Part shown: positions 37,809-51,892 of the stretch, piece after piece
How positions within the stretch are numbered: position 1 is the first letter of the stretch
Layout: every line of letters starts with the position of its first letter
Origin: Neoechinorhynchus agilis
Taxonomy: Eukaryota; Animalia; Acanthocephala
NCBI GenBank assembly: GCA_051530055.1
Contig: CM121342.1
Coordinates: forward strand, 4,029,489 to 4,093,488
Length of the DNA: 64,000 nt
Direction: 5' to 3'
Translations under genes and position numbers: made by a program
Notes under the pieces: model-generated
What the model saw: the letters and a program-made list of their open reading frames with translations, nothing else
Database searches by the model: none
What the model was told of the DNA's origin: nothing

Positions 37809-38779
37809 GCTATTTGGAAAGCACCCGTTTCTATAATACGTCCTCCTTCCAATCTGTATTACATTCGTATGACCTTAGGGACATTCGACTTTTGTGATTA
37901 TCTGATTAAGCCACCATGCGCTTCAGTGGACTTGGCCCAAAGCTACAAAGTTGAAAACGGCTCTTAAAGTCCTCGTATTGAAACCACTCCCAATTGATAT
38001 GATGATATCTTCAGGCCAGAATTGCTTAGTTGCTTCCATATGAAACAAATGCGGATAATCACTATATAAGAACGTTTTTTAATTTTAGACCAAAAAGTAA
38101 TTTTTATTAATGTGGCGTGAAATCAAGTTATCTCGAATTTGAGCATTTTTATCGAGGAAAACTCCTCCAGGAATATTAGTCATGCTTTAAAATAAAGATA
38201 AGCCGGAATTAAATTCAGCACAACAGGCGATGGTTTTTTATAAATTCACGTCGATCGTAAAAATGAAAGGTGATACTTTATTGAAATCTCCTGGGGATCA
38301 GTTGAGGATAAAAGGAAAATATTTAATTCTGCATTTTGGAATAGCGGTGCTTTTCTTCGAAAGCATGCCAGGCTATACTGGTTCAGAAACCAAAAGATCA
38401 AGTCAATTAGCATGGAAAAATAATGGTTTAGTCGGTGTCTAGAGCGTTTGGCCGAGTGGCTTCAAATGGTGATTTTAATTGGCTGAAAAGTTATCGGCTG
38501 TATTTTATCTTAAAATTGGATTCTCAACACAAATAAGGGCGTAGAATTCTCTTGCAAATTCACTTGGGCATGAAATCATGTGGACTACACATTCCATTTC
38601 GACTAAACACACACTATAAGCAATTAATCTATTTTACGTTTTCTTTTCAACGTAATTTTCTTAATTCCAGAAATTGCAAAAGCTTTTTTCACCAATATTC
38701 ATTTCTCAAAATACTTTTGTCGGAAGACGCACACTCTAAATTCTATGAATGAACATAGTTTCGTTTTCGTCAAATGTTT

Positions 38780-38835
38780 GTTCGGCAGCTTCCTTGATGG
38801 CCGCGTTGGATCGCCGCGCTGATTCGCTGCTCAAA
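38780..38835 (-). mobile_element. Tiny relic of the C-terminus of an RLE-type non-LTR retrotransposon
   Basis: The minus strand reads EQRISAAIQRG, matching IQRISLAIQRGNA at the end of the 55829-56306 relic. Confidence 0.5.
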
Positions 38836-39107
38836 TAAATATAAAATTTGACAAAAAAAATGTCGATATGTGAGTTACCGTGGAATGTGATTAAGAAATT
38901 ACCGATTGTAGACCTAAACAATAATTCCTACAAAAAATTGTCACTTATAAGACATTCTTGATGTTTTTGCAAAAAAAAACACTTCTCTCTTCGAATAATA
39001 CAGATCTGCCGTTGTGTATGCAACTTGCAATATGATTGGCTGAGATTTACTCCTAGTGCGATCACTAATCTTACACTTAATGCCATAGATAATCTGAAAT
39101 TCGCAAC

Positions 39108-40427
39108 TATGACTGAAGGATCTACGATTATTATGACTGGAAGCAAGAGACGATCTGAGACCGAATTGTTCGACCATGCTTACAGTAATGTTGAATTATT
39201 AGCTCCAAAGGTAAAACTATTAGTTGGTCTTGTGGATTTTTGTCGTCAAATATATTCGTTTAGAGAAGCAAAAGAAGCAATTGCTATTTTTGTCACAATC
39301 AGATTTTAGACCAATGGAAAATCGTTCTTGAACCGGCTGGTTATGCTTGTCATCCTCAATGTCTCAAATGTGTAGTATGTTCAGAACAAATTGAAATGGG
39401 AAATACGGAGTACCCATGTGGAAATTTGACGAGTGCTCCTTCTTGTTTTCAAATGAGCGGATATATTTATTGCTTACGACATTATCAAGAAACGTAAGTT
39501 AAATTTAACTGACTATTCACGTTTTTGAGCCAATTTTCTTCAACATGTTAATTTTTGTTTAATTAATAGACTTTAAAATACTGTTGGGCGTGGTGTTAGT
39601 TATTAGCATGGATTCGGTTTCACGGATTAATAGATTCCATAGATATGATCGTATCTTTTTTTTAATTGCTCTTCTAGAATTAAAGTGAACGAAATTTAGG
39701 CTCATGAATGTGCTGAATGTAACGGAGCCACAAAACCGATCAATGGTCTCGGACATCAAATGTGCAGCTTGTCATTGTGAAATTTTTAAAACCGAAATGG
39801 TGAACCGTCTTTATGATGATTCGTTGATCCATACAAGATGTTTTGGATGCCATTTGTGCCAAAATCCAATAATGGACTATTATTCTTTTGAAAACGGTTA
39901 TATTTCATGCGGATGCAACGTACAACCAACAGTTTTTGGATCTACGAATCCTAACGAATGGACACCGTGTGAAAGTGCAAACGAATTGATTTCTTCAATT
40001 CCATCTGGACATAATTCTTCGAATATCTATCAACAGATTCCATATCAACGGCACGGTGAGTAAATATTTATCTTCAAAGATTTGCTATGTGTTATTTAAG
40101 CGTTCGGAAATGTGATGGTACAAACTCGCCAAAACTTCAAACCAAAACGTGATAGGACTAGTTTTAGACCGGAACAGCTTATTGCTCTCAAGAATTATTT
40201 CGAAAATAATCCGAATCCAGATACAAAGGAAATAGAAGCTTTATGCGTCCGAACTCAGCTTTCTAAACGAGTGGTTCAAGTTTGGTTCCAAAACAGAAGA
40301 GCAAAAGTAAAGAAAGAGGTAGGAATTTTAAAATGACTCGTTTGCAAATAAATGATATTAATAAAAATTGTAGACTATGCCTTCAAACATGATGATTGTA
40401 CAAACAAATCAAGAAGAGAATGAATAA
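39108..40427 (+). CDS. LIM-homeodomain transcription factor, most like Lhx2/9 (apterous); 5 exons
   Basis: Spliced LIM1 CYFC..HPQCLKCVVC..CF...YIYCLRHY, LIM2 CAAC..HTRCFGCHLC, homeodomain KRDRTSF..QL..LK.YF..N.NPD.K..KRVVQVWFQNRRAK; GT-AG introns. Confidence 0.85.
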
Positions 40428-41072
40428 ATTATTTCTGTAAATTTACAGTAAATTGGGGTATGAGTTTCGTAAATATAAAATATAATCGAGTTCATTTGTA
40501 TTTAAAACTAAAGCGCACGCAATCTGAATCAAGCGATTAAAATTAGACGAATGAGTCGTGAAAAATGCTAATTTGATTAGCATTTAAATCAATGGAGGAT
40601 TTAGAAATCAACAGAAAGCTGAGTTATGCGTTACCGAGAGCTAATACAACAACATCAAACTTTAAATTCCCTTTAGCTATTTGAAATCTCGAATAACGCG
40701 ACGAAAATTGATTATTTTTTAGGCGGCGGCATATTTTTTATTACATTTTAATTTAAATCAGCACACACACTTTTGAGAATTTAGTACAAGCGATCTCAGT
40801 TCATTTAAATTAATTTGTGAACAATATAAAGTCAAAATATATTTAGAAACCTGATGCGAAAATTTTATCAATAAAATTTTTCTTCTAAGTTTAAATTCCA
40901 TGATTTGGGTTTCATCGTGATCATCTTTTTCACTAACATGAATATATCCAAAGTCGCAAAAATTAGTTTTAATTTTAAAGCTAAGATTTACAATTGCAGC
41001 ATTGGGCCAATCAGAATGAAAGGGCATTTGTATAACAAAATAATAATAAAGGACGACGTGCAAATGTTTATG

Positions 41073-43200
41073 TTACTGTAAAGAAATATTAATATATTGA
41101 TAATCTTTCAGGCCACTTCTGGGTCCGTAATTTTAAGCTTTAAAATGGTAGAACCCGTTTCAACCTCTAGATAAACCGATATTTTAACATAAAGAAATCA
41201 CGGCATTGCAGAGTAGGTTTTTAATCCGAGCATCGATCAAGTGTTAAAATGTTGAATTAATAAAGAAAACCTCGAATTTAATAGAAGATTTTTGCTATGA
41301 CCCCGTTTAAAACTCGTTTATTAACCAAATGAAAACGGTTAAATAGAATGTAAATAGCACAAATCGGCCTCCTTCGTATCCTCTGCCGTTTTTATGTTCT
41401 TTACGGACAAAATAAAATCATCTTTAATTTCCACTGAATTTGATCGATCCATCCCGCTATCAACCGAGAATGTGATAGTGTCACAATTCTCTAAACTCGA
41501 CTTTTGAGCTTCATTTGCTCTTCTGGTTCTTTAGAACAACCATCAAAAATCACCGTAGCGAATTTGTCATTCTTTAACGTTTCTTCAACAATTTTCGCCC
41601 ATAATTTTACTGTAAAGAAATATTAATATATTGATAATCTTTCAGGCCACTTCTGGGTCCGTAATTTTAAGCTTTAAAATGGTAGAACCCGTTTCAACCT
41701 CTAGATAAACCGATATTTTAACATAAAGAAATCACGGCATTGCAGAGTAGGTTTTTAATCCGAGCATCGATCAAGTGTTAAAATGTCTAATTAATAAAGA
41801 AAACCTCGAATTTAATGAAGATTTTTATGACCCCGTTTAAAACTCGTTTATTAACCAAATGAAAACGGTTAAATAGAATGTAAATAGCACAAATCGGCCT
41901 CCTTCGTATCCTCTGCCGTTTTTATGTTCTTTACGGACAAAATAAAATCATCTTTAATTTCCACTGAATTTGATCGATCCATCCCGCTATCAACCGAGAA
42001 TGTGATAGTGTCACAATTCTCTAAACTCGACTTTTGAGCTTCATTTGGCTCTTCTGGTTCTTTAGAACAACCATCAAAATCACCGTAGCGAATTTGTCAT
42101 TCTTTAACGTTTCTTCAACAATTTTCGCCCATAATTTTACTGTAAAGAAATATTAATATATTGATAATCTTTCAGGCCACTTCTGGGTCCGTAATTTTAA
42201 GCTTTAAAATGGTAGAACCCGTTTCAACCTCTAGATAAACCGATATTTTAACATGAAGAAATCACGGTATTGCAGAGTAGGTTTTTAATCCGAGCATCGA
42301 TCAAGTGTTAAAATGTCTAATTAATAAAGAAAACCTCGAATTTAATAGAAGATTTTTGCTATGACCCCGTTTAAAACTCGTTTATTAACCAAATGAAAAC
42401 GGTTAAATAGAATGTAAATAGCACAAATCGGCCTCCTTCGTATCCTCTGCCGTTTTTATGTTCTTTACGGACAAAATAAAATCATCTTTAATTTCCACTG
42501 AATTTGATCGATCCATCCCGCTATCAACCGAGAATGTGATAGTGTCACAATTCTCTAAACTCGACTTTTGAGCTTCATTTGGCTCTTCTGGTTCTTTAGA
42601 ACAACCATCAAAAATCACCGTAGCGAATTTGTCATTCTTTAACGTTTCTTCAACAATTTTCGCCCATAATTTTACTGTAAAGAAATATTAATATATTGAT
42701 AATCTTTCAGGCCACTTCTGGGTCCGTAATTTTAAGCTTTAAAATGGTAGAACCCGTTTCAACCTCTAGATAAACCGATATTTTAACATAAAGAAATCAC
42801 GGCATTGCAGAGTAGGTTTTTAATCCGAGCATCGATCAAGTGTTAAAATGTCTAATTAATAAAGAAAACCTCGAATTTAATAGAAGATTTTTGCTATGAC
42901 CCCGTTTAAAACTCGTTTATTAACCAAATGAAAACGGTTAAATAGAATGTAAATAGCACAAATCGGCCTCCTTCGTATCCTCTGCCGTTTTTATGTTCCT
43001 TACGGACAAAATAAAATCATCTTTAATTTCCACTGAATTTGATCGATCCATCCCGCTATCAACCGAGAATGTGATAGTGTCACAATTCTCTAAACTCGAC
43101 TTTTGAGCTTCATTTGGCTCTTCTGGTTCTTTAGAACAACCATCAAAAATCACCGTAGCGAATTTGTCATTCTTTAACGTTTCTTCAACAATTTTCGCCC
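41073..43200. repeat. Tandem array, ~533 bp unit, 4 copies, containing the 3' coding end, stop and 3' flank of the adjacent minus-strand gene
   Basis: The ttcgccc junction recurs at ~41598, 42128, 42663, 43198; it encodes repeated ..KIVEETLKND..LCYLHSI*. Confidence 0.95.
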
Positions 43201-43520
43201 AACGTACGCGCAAATCCTGCCAGGCGTTATTCTTCATTGGCACATCGCAGGAAATGCTGATTTGATTTACGTTGGTGTCAAGATGAGAGCAAATCGCTGA
43301 TGTAGCCATTCGTCGCTTGCAATCAATAGAACTGCTCTGATCATCAACAAGGCGATCATTTCCCTTTTCTTTCCATTGATCACCTCCCACACATTTCCAT
43401 ACTGAACTCAGGATACGCCGAATACCCTTAAATCTGGTCGCTTCCTTCAAGTTTGAGTCAATCTTTTTATTACGTTGCCAGAGATCCCTGGTTTTCTTAC
43501 CACAAACTGAGACTTTGATA
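42938..43520 (-). CDS. Hypothetical protein, last exon (5' exon unresolved)
   Basis: Open frame of about 195 codons after the acceptor ttccttatag near 43520; no recognisable family. Confidence 0.5.
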
Positions 43521-43679
43521 ACTATAAGGAAAATTACAGAAAAAAAGTTTAGGAATTTCTTAACTCACCATTCATGTCGCTGATATAACGATCCTATCAC
43601 GTCGAATCTTTTTAGGATATCACGTTTCCATAGTGATACGATTTTTTTTCAAATTATGATTGAAAAAATTTCAGCGTAG

Positions 43680-44630
43680 AATTTTCATTTTAGACATTTA
43701 ATTCGTCTTATTCTCCGAAAAAATGTAAGCGAATTCATGAGGAAATATTTAAATGTTCACTATTGAAATATCGCGGAAAATCGAAATTAATAACCTTGAA
43801 TAATAATGATTTTCAGTATTTATAGTAATAGAAAGTCATGAATGTAATTTTAAATTAAACAATACGGAAAAAATCACAAAGAATTTCATATGTGAACCGA
43901 ATAATAAATTCCTATTGGTTAACCAAACAATTTGCATAATAACAACTTTAGCGCATAATTGTTCAAAAATGATAATTCATTATTAATGAATAATATTTTA
44001 GCTACGTTGAATAGTACAGTAACAGTTTAAGGATAAGAGTTTCTTCTAAATATCAATAATATCGAAAGTATTTTCGTTGGTAGAAATCGTAAGGATGTTT
44101 ACGTTAATATGCGAAAGTTCCTGCAAAGTTTTCATGCTTCTTAATGATTATAATTATATAAATAAAATATTTAATTCGTAAGATCGCTTCGAATCTTTTC
44201 AGGTTATCACGTTGCGATGATGATGATAAAAATTTAAAGAATTAATATTGAACACGTCTAAAGTGTTCAGCATGTTTATTTCGTATTTAGAAAAAGTGAA
44301 TTTATGCTGTATGGCCGCGATCTCTTTAGAGTAAGGAAATTTGAGGCTTTAATGAAATTACGGCATAGAATTTTAATTTTATACATTTAATTCGTCTGAT
44401 TATGCGAAAAAATAAAAGCGCACTCATGAGAAATAGTAGACGGCACAAATCACTTTGTAAACCTATAAAAATCCGAATAATAAATTCCTATTGGTTAACC
44501 AAACAATTTGCATAATAACAACTTTAGCGCATAATTGTTCAGAGATGATAATTTATTATTAATGAATAATATTTTAGCTACGTTGAGTAGTACCGTAACA
44601 GTTTAAGGATAAGATTTTGTTCTAAAGATC
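43680..44630. promoter_or_regulatory. Two diverged direct copies (~43680-44060 and ~44370-44630) upstream of the bZIP gene, each with ATTGG (CCAAT box) and octamer ATTTGCAT
   Basis: aataataaattcctattggttaaccaaacaatttgcataataac occurs at ~43900 and ~44476. Confidence 0.5.
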
Positions 44631-44671
44631 AACGTTTGCAGAGATCGCAAGTTCTCGTTTTCGGTATAACG

Positions 44672-45430
44672 ATGTTTAATTATTTTAACAACAACGAACA
44701 AATGTCAATGGTTTCGAGCAACCCAATTCAATTCTATGAAAATTTAACTCCGATAGCGAACAATGTACATCTTCCATTCTCAAGTTACACTCAAGGTGAT
44801 CAAATAGTTCCAAACTATACAACTCCATCAAATAATTTCAATAACTATATATCAGCAAATCAACCTCCTAACAAATTAGTGAATACGTTCGTTGGTCATC
44901 CAACGATTCTAATAAATCCAAAAACAAATAATTTTCAATTTCAAATGCAGCCGTACAATCAAAACTCTCAATTCGTATCTTGCGAGCAGCCGGCCAATAC
45001 TACTCAACCTACAGTTCAAAACCTAAATAATTTTTACTACAACACAATTACAAACTACCCTCAAGAGGTTCAACCTTCCTTAAGAGGACCAACAGATCCA
45101 CAGAGCTCATGTTTTCCATATGATGGAATCTACGACCAACAATACGATTTCGCGAATTCCGCTGGGGCGGAAACAGGTTTAACCAATGGACGTAAAAAGA
45201 GAACAAGAGTGCCGGACTGTTATAAAGATCAGAATTATTTTTTGAAGCGAAGAGCAAATAACATTGCGGCGAATAAATGCAGAGAAAGGAAAAATGCAAA
45301 AGTGGCTCATTCAAAGAAAATTCTAAGATTGCACCTCGACATGGTAGCATCGGGATGCTGTCCAAAGGACAGAGCAAGAATAAACGAGATGATAAAAACT
45401 TTATTGGATGAAAAAATTTTAATAGATTAA
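44672..45430 (+). CDS. PAR/C-EBP-like bZIP transcription factor with a degenerate zipper, intronless
   Basis: VPDCYKDQNYFLKRRANNIAANKCRERK resembles the PAR basic region KDxKYWxRRxKNNxAAKRSR; N/Q/P-rich N-terminus. Confidence 0.75.
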   Translation: MFNYFNNNEQMSMVSSNPIQFYENLTPIANNVHLPFSSYTQGDQIVPNYTTPSNNFNNYISANQPPNKLVNTFVGHPTILINPKTNNFQFQMQPYNQNSQFVSCEQPANTTQPTVQNLNNFYYNTITNYPQEVQPSLRGPTDPQSSCFPYDGIYDQQYDFANSAGAETGLTNGRKKRTRVPDCYKDQNYFLKRRANNIAANKCRERKNAKVAHSKKILRLHLDMVASGCCPKDRARINEMIKTLLDEKILID

Positions 45431-46494
45431 AACAAAAATATTAAAGATCTGTATAACTTTTTTTAGAAAGATCGCGGCCTATAATAAATACGGATGGATA
45501 TTTCACTCGCACTGACTTTGGAATACGTTTGGTAACGTTTCAGTGGTTTTTTTTAAATTCAGAAATGTTATTTCATCTTAAGATCTTTAGTGTAATGTTA
45601 TATTGACGCCTTAATTCGTTAAGTTGCGTAAATTAACTATACTTCCGACGGGTTCGTTAATGAATGAAAGCCGAGCTGTTGCCACACAAAATTTAATCTC
45701 ATAACGGGACCATGATCATCACGTTGTTGTTTGTCTTTTGAAATTCTTTAAAGATATTTTCTCTTATTATGTAACAAAACATTTAAAAGAGCTTTAGATT
45801 TAATATTTTTTTGAAGGCACCGCTCATCGCTAAATCTTTACAGGACGAGTTATCGTTTTCTTGCAATCACTAAAACCTTTGCATAAATGAAAGTTTCGTT
45901 GAGCCAAATATAATCTGCAGATTAATTTCTTGACTCGATACTTGCAAAAGGAGTTTCGCAATTTCAGCAAAATGTAGTCGAAATTACACTCAAATTAAAA
46001 GAATTATGACTCATTAACTCGAATATGGCTTATAAATTCAGCATCTTTAAAGTGCTCAATGTTTAACGGACGAGGAAATCCGTACAAGGTTTCGTTGTCC
46101 AAATTAAACTCTTCTAATTAGTCTTTATCATTATGTCGCTTCATTTGACACAACTTCTACATATTGCACAAATCAGTAAATCTTTGAAATTCCGCAAGGA
46201 ATATTTTTCACTTGGATAATTCTTTAATGCCTGAAGTGAGGCAAGATTGTATCCGAATTCTTAGGGCAAATTTAACTCTATTTAACTCACCATTTCGGCT
46301 TTCAGTTCGAAAAGAAGCTTCCAAACCGATATTTCAATTCATTATGACTTTTTTTATTTTGAAGTTTGTGAACATAGAAATTTGTTGTTTGCAAAAATAT
46401 AAGCAGCCGTCGCACTTCAAAACGGAATAAATGGCTATTATTAAAAACTGCACGATTTGGTATCGGATCCACGCGATCAATAATGCTTTTACGT

Positions 46495-49400
46495 CTATTC
46501 GATCATGTTATCGGCCATACGACAGGTTCCAGAGTATGTCAATTTTTGAATCAAGCAATCGAATTCCGCTAAAATTAAATTAAATGAATGTTTCGTCCAG
46601 TTAAAAGAAAACCAATATTCGCTCTTGCTTGTTTGGTAAAGTTCTTTTTTGAAAAATGATATAGAATAATACCGACGAACATGAATATAAGACACGAGAT
46701 CATGCTGTTGAATTCCTCAATGATTCCAAAAATACAAATCGCAATGGTCATTATTCCAAAGATAATAACTGCCCACAATGGAGCCTAATTAATAGATTGT
46801 TATTAAAAAAAAGGAACAAAACTTACTTCATAAATCTTAGACTTTTGGTAATCTTCCTCGTTCAACTTTGTTTTAATTCCATATTCGAGGTACCGTAGGT
46901 ATAAGAAACTGATGAACGTCACGACGTAGAAAAAGGATTCGCAGAAGGTGCTCATATAAAGTAGTACATCGATGTCTCCAACTAGTAAATATACAATCGA
47001 TGCCAATGTCTATGCGATTTGTTTTAAAACAAAATGGTATCATTAAGGAAAATGAAATTATAAAAACCTAGAGCCTCCTCATTGGCTAGGCAAATTAATA
47101 AAATTTCCAATCTTATCGGCTGAGTAAAACTGTGAACTGAGTATTCATATATTCCAAAGTTGAAGAAGTAAAGACCTAGATTTTACGAGACGGTTAATCA
47201 AAGGACATCAAATAACCAATAGTATTGATAAACCCAAAAATGGTATTGTTTGTAAAACTTTAAAAAATCTATTTCGAACCTTTGTGTTTGAACCCGTGAG
47301 AAGGTGACGTTTTCAAATGTTTTATAAAACTCCTTAAACACAATTTGTTTTAAAGAAGAAAAAATTGAAATTTAAGCCCAAAACCCACACAAAGACAGGG
47401 GGAGCTTTACTTACAACAATAGCGATCGAATTGACTGGAGTTAAATAGTTCCAATGGAGAAAGCACAAAGATATCGGCATATGTCCTTTCCTTGCAGCTC
47501 CAAAGACCAATCTTAAACTTCATTTAAAAAAAGGCTTTTGTGTCGAGAAACCAACCTTGAAGTAGTAAAAATTATACTGTTTGTTGATCCAAAGATCGAA
47601 AGAGATACGAGAATGGAGAATACGGGTCCAAGCGATGGATGGAACTTGCTCATCATTTCCTAACTCATGGCACTCAGGATAATTTACGAATTAGCATGGG
47701 ATAACAAACGACGGCGATTGCAGGGGACGACAATATTTCACTCTTGTCCAAAGTAGAGAAATATGCCACATTAGTAAAGACATAAAGACCGGTCACGCAA
47801 GTGATGGCTAATATTGCGGCACGTTTAAGATCTCTAATCAATAATGGTCATACTAAATGACTATGGAAGTTCAATACCTTTCAGGACGCTTCAATTCCTC
47901 AGCTGCTAGATTAAGATAATTCCTTAAAATTGAATATTGGCGAAAATCCACAAGCACACACACAAAGTTTCATACCATCCGGAGTATGCAAAACTACAGC
48001 CGTAAAAAGCAGTCATTACTGATGCTACCGATCGAGTTCCATCAAAAGCGTTCTGAAAGTTTTCAATGCCGCTGCCTTTTGAAAAACGACGAAGTTAAAT
48101 TAGACAAAAATACAAGAAAACCTGAACTTAAATTGTATAATCCGGTCACGACTATTCCAAGCAGTGCCAATGCTTTCCCGAACGCGAACGACAATTGAAA
48201 AAATTCGACAAGTTTCATACTCCAGCAATTTATGAATGCAAAGAACACTTCGAAATTAGATAAAAGGTTGAATGTTACATCGGAAAGTACTTTTGAGGCG
48301 TGAATGACATATTTAAAAACGGAGACCATAAACCAATGGAAAACCTTAATAATGACCAAGGTCATTTCTCAAAAATACCTAGCCGTAAAGTTCCATCTAC
48401 GAAGTTTTAAAGTAAGATCATTGGTCCATTTTATAAAATGCGATAAAATAGACTAAACATTTTGCCTTTTCAATATTTTAGGTTTTTGTAAAAAATCAAA
48501 GAATTCCATGAAATGACGGGAAAACAGGTCGTCTCCTTGGGACTTCACCTGTCCGAATACGATTTCTAAACGCTACTTTTCCCTTGTAGTTTCAGGCAAA
48601 AAGTTCAAAAGACCGAAAAATGGAGATCCGTCGCTCTAGATTTTTTTTAAAACCTATCTCACTCTTGAGACAATTTGTGCCGTCGGATAAAGCATCGCAC
48701 AATTTTTAATTTTGGAAGGGTTGTTTTGTGGCGTAGAAATTAAAATGATTTTATTTTTAAAACCGCCGACATTTCGAAGGCACAATCTTGTACGCCTTTT
48801 GATCAAGGTTGCTTGCAAGTCTTTTCAAACCAAACCTTGATAAACGCGTACAAGATTATGCCTTCGAAATATCGGCAGTTTTAAGCCAGAAAACAATCTA
48901 AAGCATTTTTATCAGTGATTCAGAAAGGATCCTCGATGCAATGGAGGATTCCAAAGTTCCCATTGGAACTTGGGTATTTATGCAACGTAAAATGAAATTT
49001 CCTGTTGAAGAAACTTCCTTAGGACTTAATTTTGAGATTTTGTTATTAGACCGCTTAACTTTATAGATTTTAAACGATCTCCGAAATAAACAACGTAAAA
49101 TGGAATTTCCTGCTGGAAAACTCTATAAAATAAAACGTATTCTTTTTCGTTCAATTGACGAATACTATTAGTTAGGTTATATATTTCCTTAGAACTTCAA
49201 TTTGATTGCAAGAGAAATTCTAGGCAATTTCGATTTTCATGTTAGACCGCTTAAACTTTATAGATTTAAACGATCTCCGAAATAAACAACGTAAAATGGA
49301 ATTTCCTGCTGGAAAACTCTATAAAAACGTATTCCTTTTCGTTCAATTGACGAATACTATTAGTTAGGTTATATATTTCCTTAGAACTTCAATTTGATTG

Positions 49401-51892
49401 CAAGAGAAATTCTAGGCAATTTCGATTTTCATGTTAGACCGCTTAACTTTATAGATTTAAACGATCTCCGAAATAAACAACGTAAAATGGAATTTCCTGC
49501 TGGAAAACTCTATAAAATAAAACGTATTCTTTTTCGTTCAATTGACGAATACTATTAGTTAGGTTATATATTTCCTTAGAACAATTTGATTGCAAGAGAA
49601 ATTCTAGGCAATTTCGATTTTCATGTTAGACCGCTTAAACTTTATAGATTTAAACGATCTCCGAAATAAACAACGTAAAATGGAATTTCCTGTTGAAAAA
49701 CTCTATAAAAACGTATTCCTTTTCGTTCAATTGACGAATACTATTAGTTAGGTTATATATTTCCTTAGAACTTCAATTTGATTGCAAGAGAAATTCTAGG
49801 CAATTTCGATTTTCATGTTAGACCGCTTAACTTTATAGATTTAAACGATCTCCGAAATAAACAACGTAAAATGGAATTTCCTGTTGAAAAACTCTAAAAT
49901 AAAACGTATTCTTTTTCGTTCAATTGACGAATACTATTAGTTAGGTTATATATTTCCTTAGAACTTCAATTTGATTGCAAGAGAAATTCTAGGCAATTTC
50001 GATTTTCATGTTAGACCGCTTAAACTTTATAGATTTAAACGATCTCCGAAATAAACAACGTAAAATGGAATTTCCTGTTGAAAAACTCTATAAAAACGTA
50101 TTCCTTTTCGTTCAATTGACGAATACTATTAGTTAGGTTATATATTTCCTTAGAACTTCAATTTGATTGCAAGAGAAATTCTAGGCAATTTCGATTTTCA
50201 TGTTAGACCGCTTAAACTTTATAGATTTAAACGATCTCCGAAATAAACAACGTAAAATGGAATTTCCTGCTGGAAAACTCTATAAAATAAAACGTATTCT
50301 TTTTCGTTCAATTGACGAATACTATTAGTTAGGTTATATATTTCCTTAGAACTTCAATTTGATTGCAAGAGAAATTCTAGGCAATTTCGATTTTCATGTT
50401 AGACCGCTTAACTTTATAGATTTAAACGATCTCCGAAATAAACAACGTAAAATGGAATTTCCTGTTGAAAAACTCTATAAAAACGTATTCTTTTTCGTTC
50501 AATTGACGAATACTATTAGTTAGGTTATATATTTCCTTAGAACTTCAATTTGATTGCAAGAGAAATTCTAGGCAATTTCGATTTTCATGTTAGACCGCTT
50601 AAACTTTATAGATTTAAACGATCTCCGAAATAAACAACGTAAAATGGAATTTCCTGCTGGAAAACTCTATAAAATAAAACGTATTCTTTTTCGTTCAATT
50701 GACGAATACTATTAGTTAGGTTATATATTTCCTTAGAACTTCAATTTGATTGCAAGAGAAATTCTAGGCAATTTCGATTTTCATGTTAGACCGCTTAAAC
50801 TTTATAGATTTAAACGATCTCCGAAATAAACAGCGTAAAATGGAATTTCCTGTTGAAAAACTCTATAAAAACGTATTCCTTTTCGTTCAATTGACGAATA
50901 CTATTAGTTAGGTTATATATTTCCTTAGAACTTCATTTGATTGCAAAATTCTAGGCAATTTCGATTTTCATGTTAGACCGCTTAACTTTATAGATTTAAA
51001 CGATCTCCGAAATAAACAGCGTAAAATGGAATTTCCTGTTGAAAAACTCTATAAAAACGTATTCCTTTTCGTTCAATTGACGAATACTATTAGTTAGGTT
51101 ATATATTTCCTTAGAACTTCAATTTGATTGCAAGAGAAATTCTAGGCAATATCGATTTTCATGTTAGACCGCTTAACTTTATAGATTTAAACGATCTCCG
51201 AAATAAACAACGTAAAATGGAATTTCCTGTTGAAAAACTCTATAAAATAAAACGTATTCCTTTTCGTTCAATTGACGAATACTATTAGTTAGGTTATATA
51301 TTTCCTTAGAACTTCAATTTGATTGCAAGAGAAATTCTAGGCAATATCGATTTTCATGTTAGACGGCTTAACTTTATAGATTTTAAACGATCTCCGAAAT
51401 TAAATAAACTGTGGCCTTTAAAAGAAACTCACGTAAAACGCAACATCCAATGCATATTTTTGGAATAGAACTTATAGTGCATAAATCCGCGGGTTTTATG
51501 AGATATTCACTGAGGGTAAGTCCACTGATCGCCAGACCAGAAGGAATGATAAGCAAGAGTCTTGTATAGCAAAACAGAAATCCAAGGTATTCACCGAGTG
51601 TTTGACATATATATTCATAATCTCCTCCAGCTTTAGGCATTTTTGTTCCTAGCTCAATATACATCATGCTTCCGAGAGCCACCAAAACTCCATTTAGTAT
51701 CCACATAATAAGAGCAACTCCAATGGAACCCGCGTCTCGAGCAACAGTTCCAGCGCTCACAAAAATACCACTGCCCACTGTTGAATTGAAAATCACTGCT
51801 GCACCTCTCCACATCCCCATTGTTTTTTTCAATTCCGGCTCTTCTTTCACTTCATTTGACATTCCAAAACTCTTAGATCTCGAATGCACCAT
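46495..51892 (-). CDS. SLC7/LAT-family amino-acid transporter, multi-exon; first intron ~3.2 kb; 3' end approximate
   Basis: GSGIFVS, YIELGT.MPKAGGDYEYI...GFLF, then spliced FAFINCWSMK..Q..FAFGKALAL.GIVVTG; donor GTGAGT near 51433, acceptor near 48248. Confidence 0.85.
48757..48884. mobile_element. Imperfect hairpin element, related to sequence at ~11070-11170
   Basis: aaaaccgccgacatttcgaaggcacaatcttgtacg / cgtacaagattatgccttcgaaatatcggcagtttt. Confidence 0.65.
48985..51400. repeat. Tandem array, ~192-196 bp unit, ~12 copies, inside intron 1 of the transporter
   Basis: ttagaccgctta at 49046, 49242, 49434, 49626 etc.; recurring variants. Confidence 0.95.
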
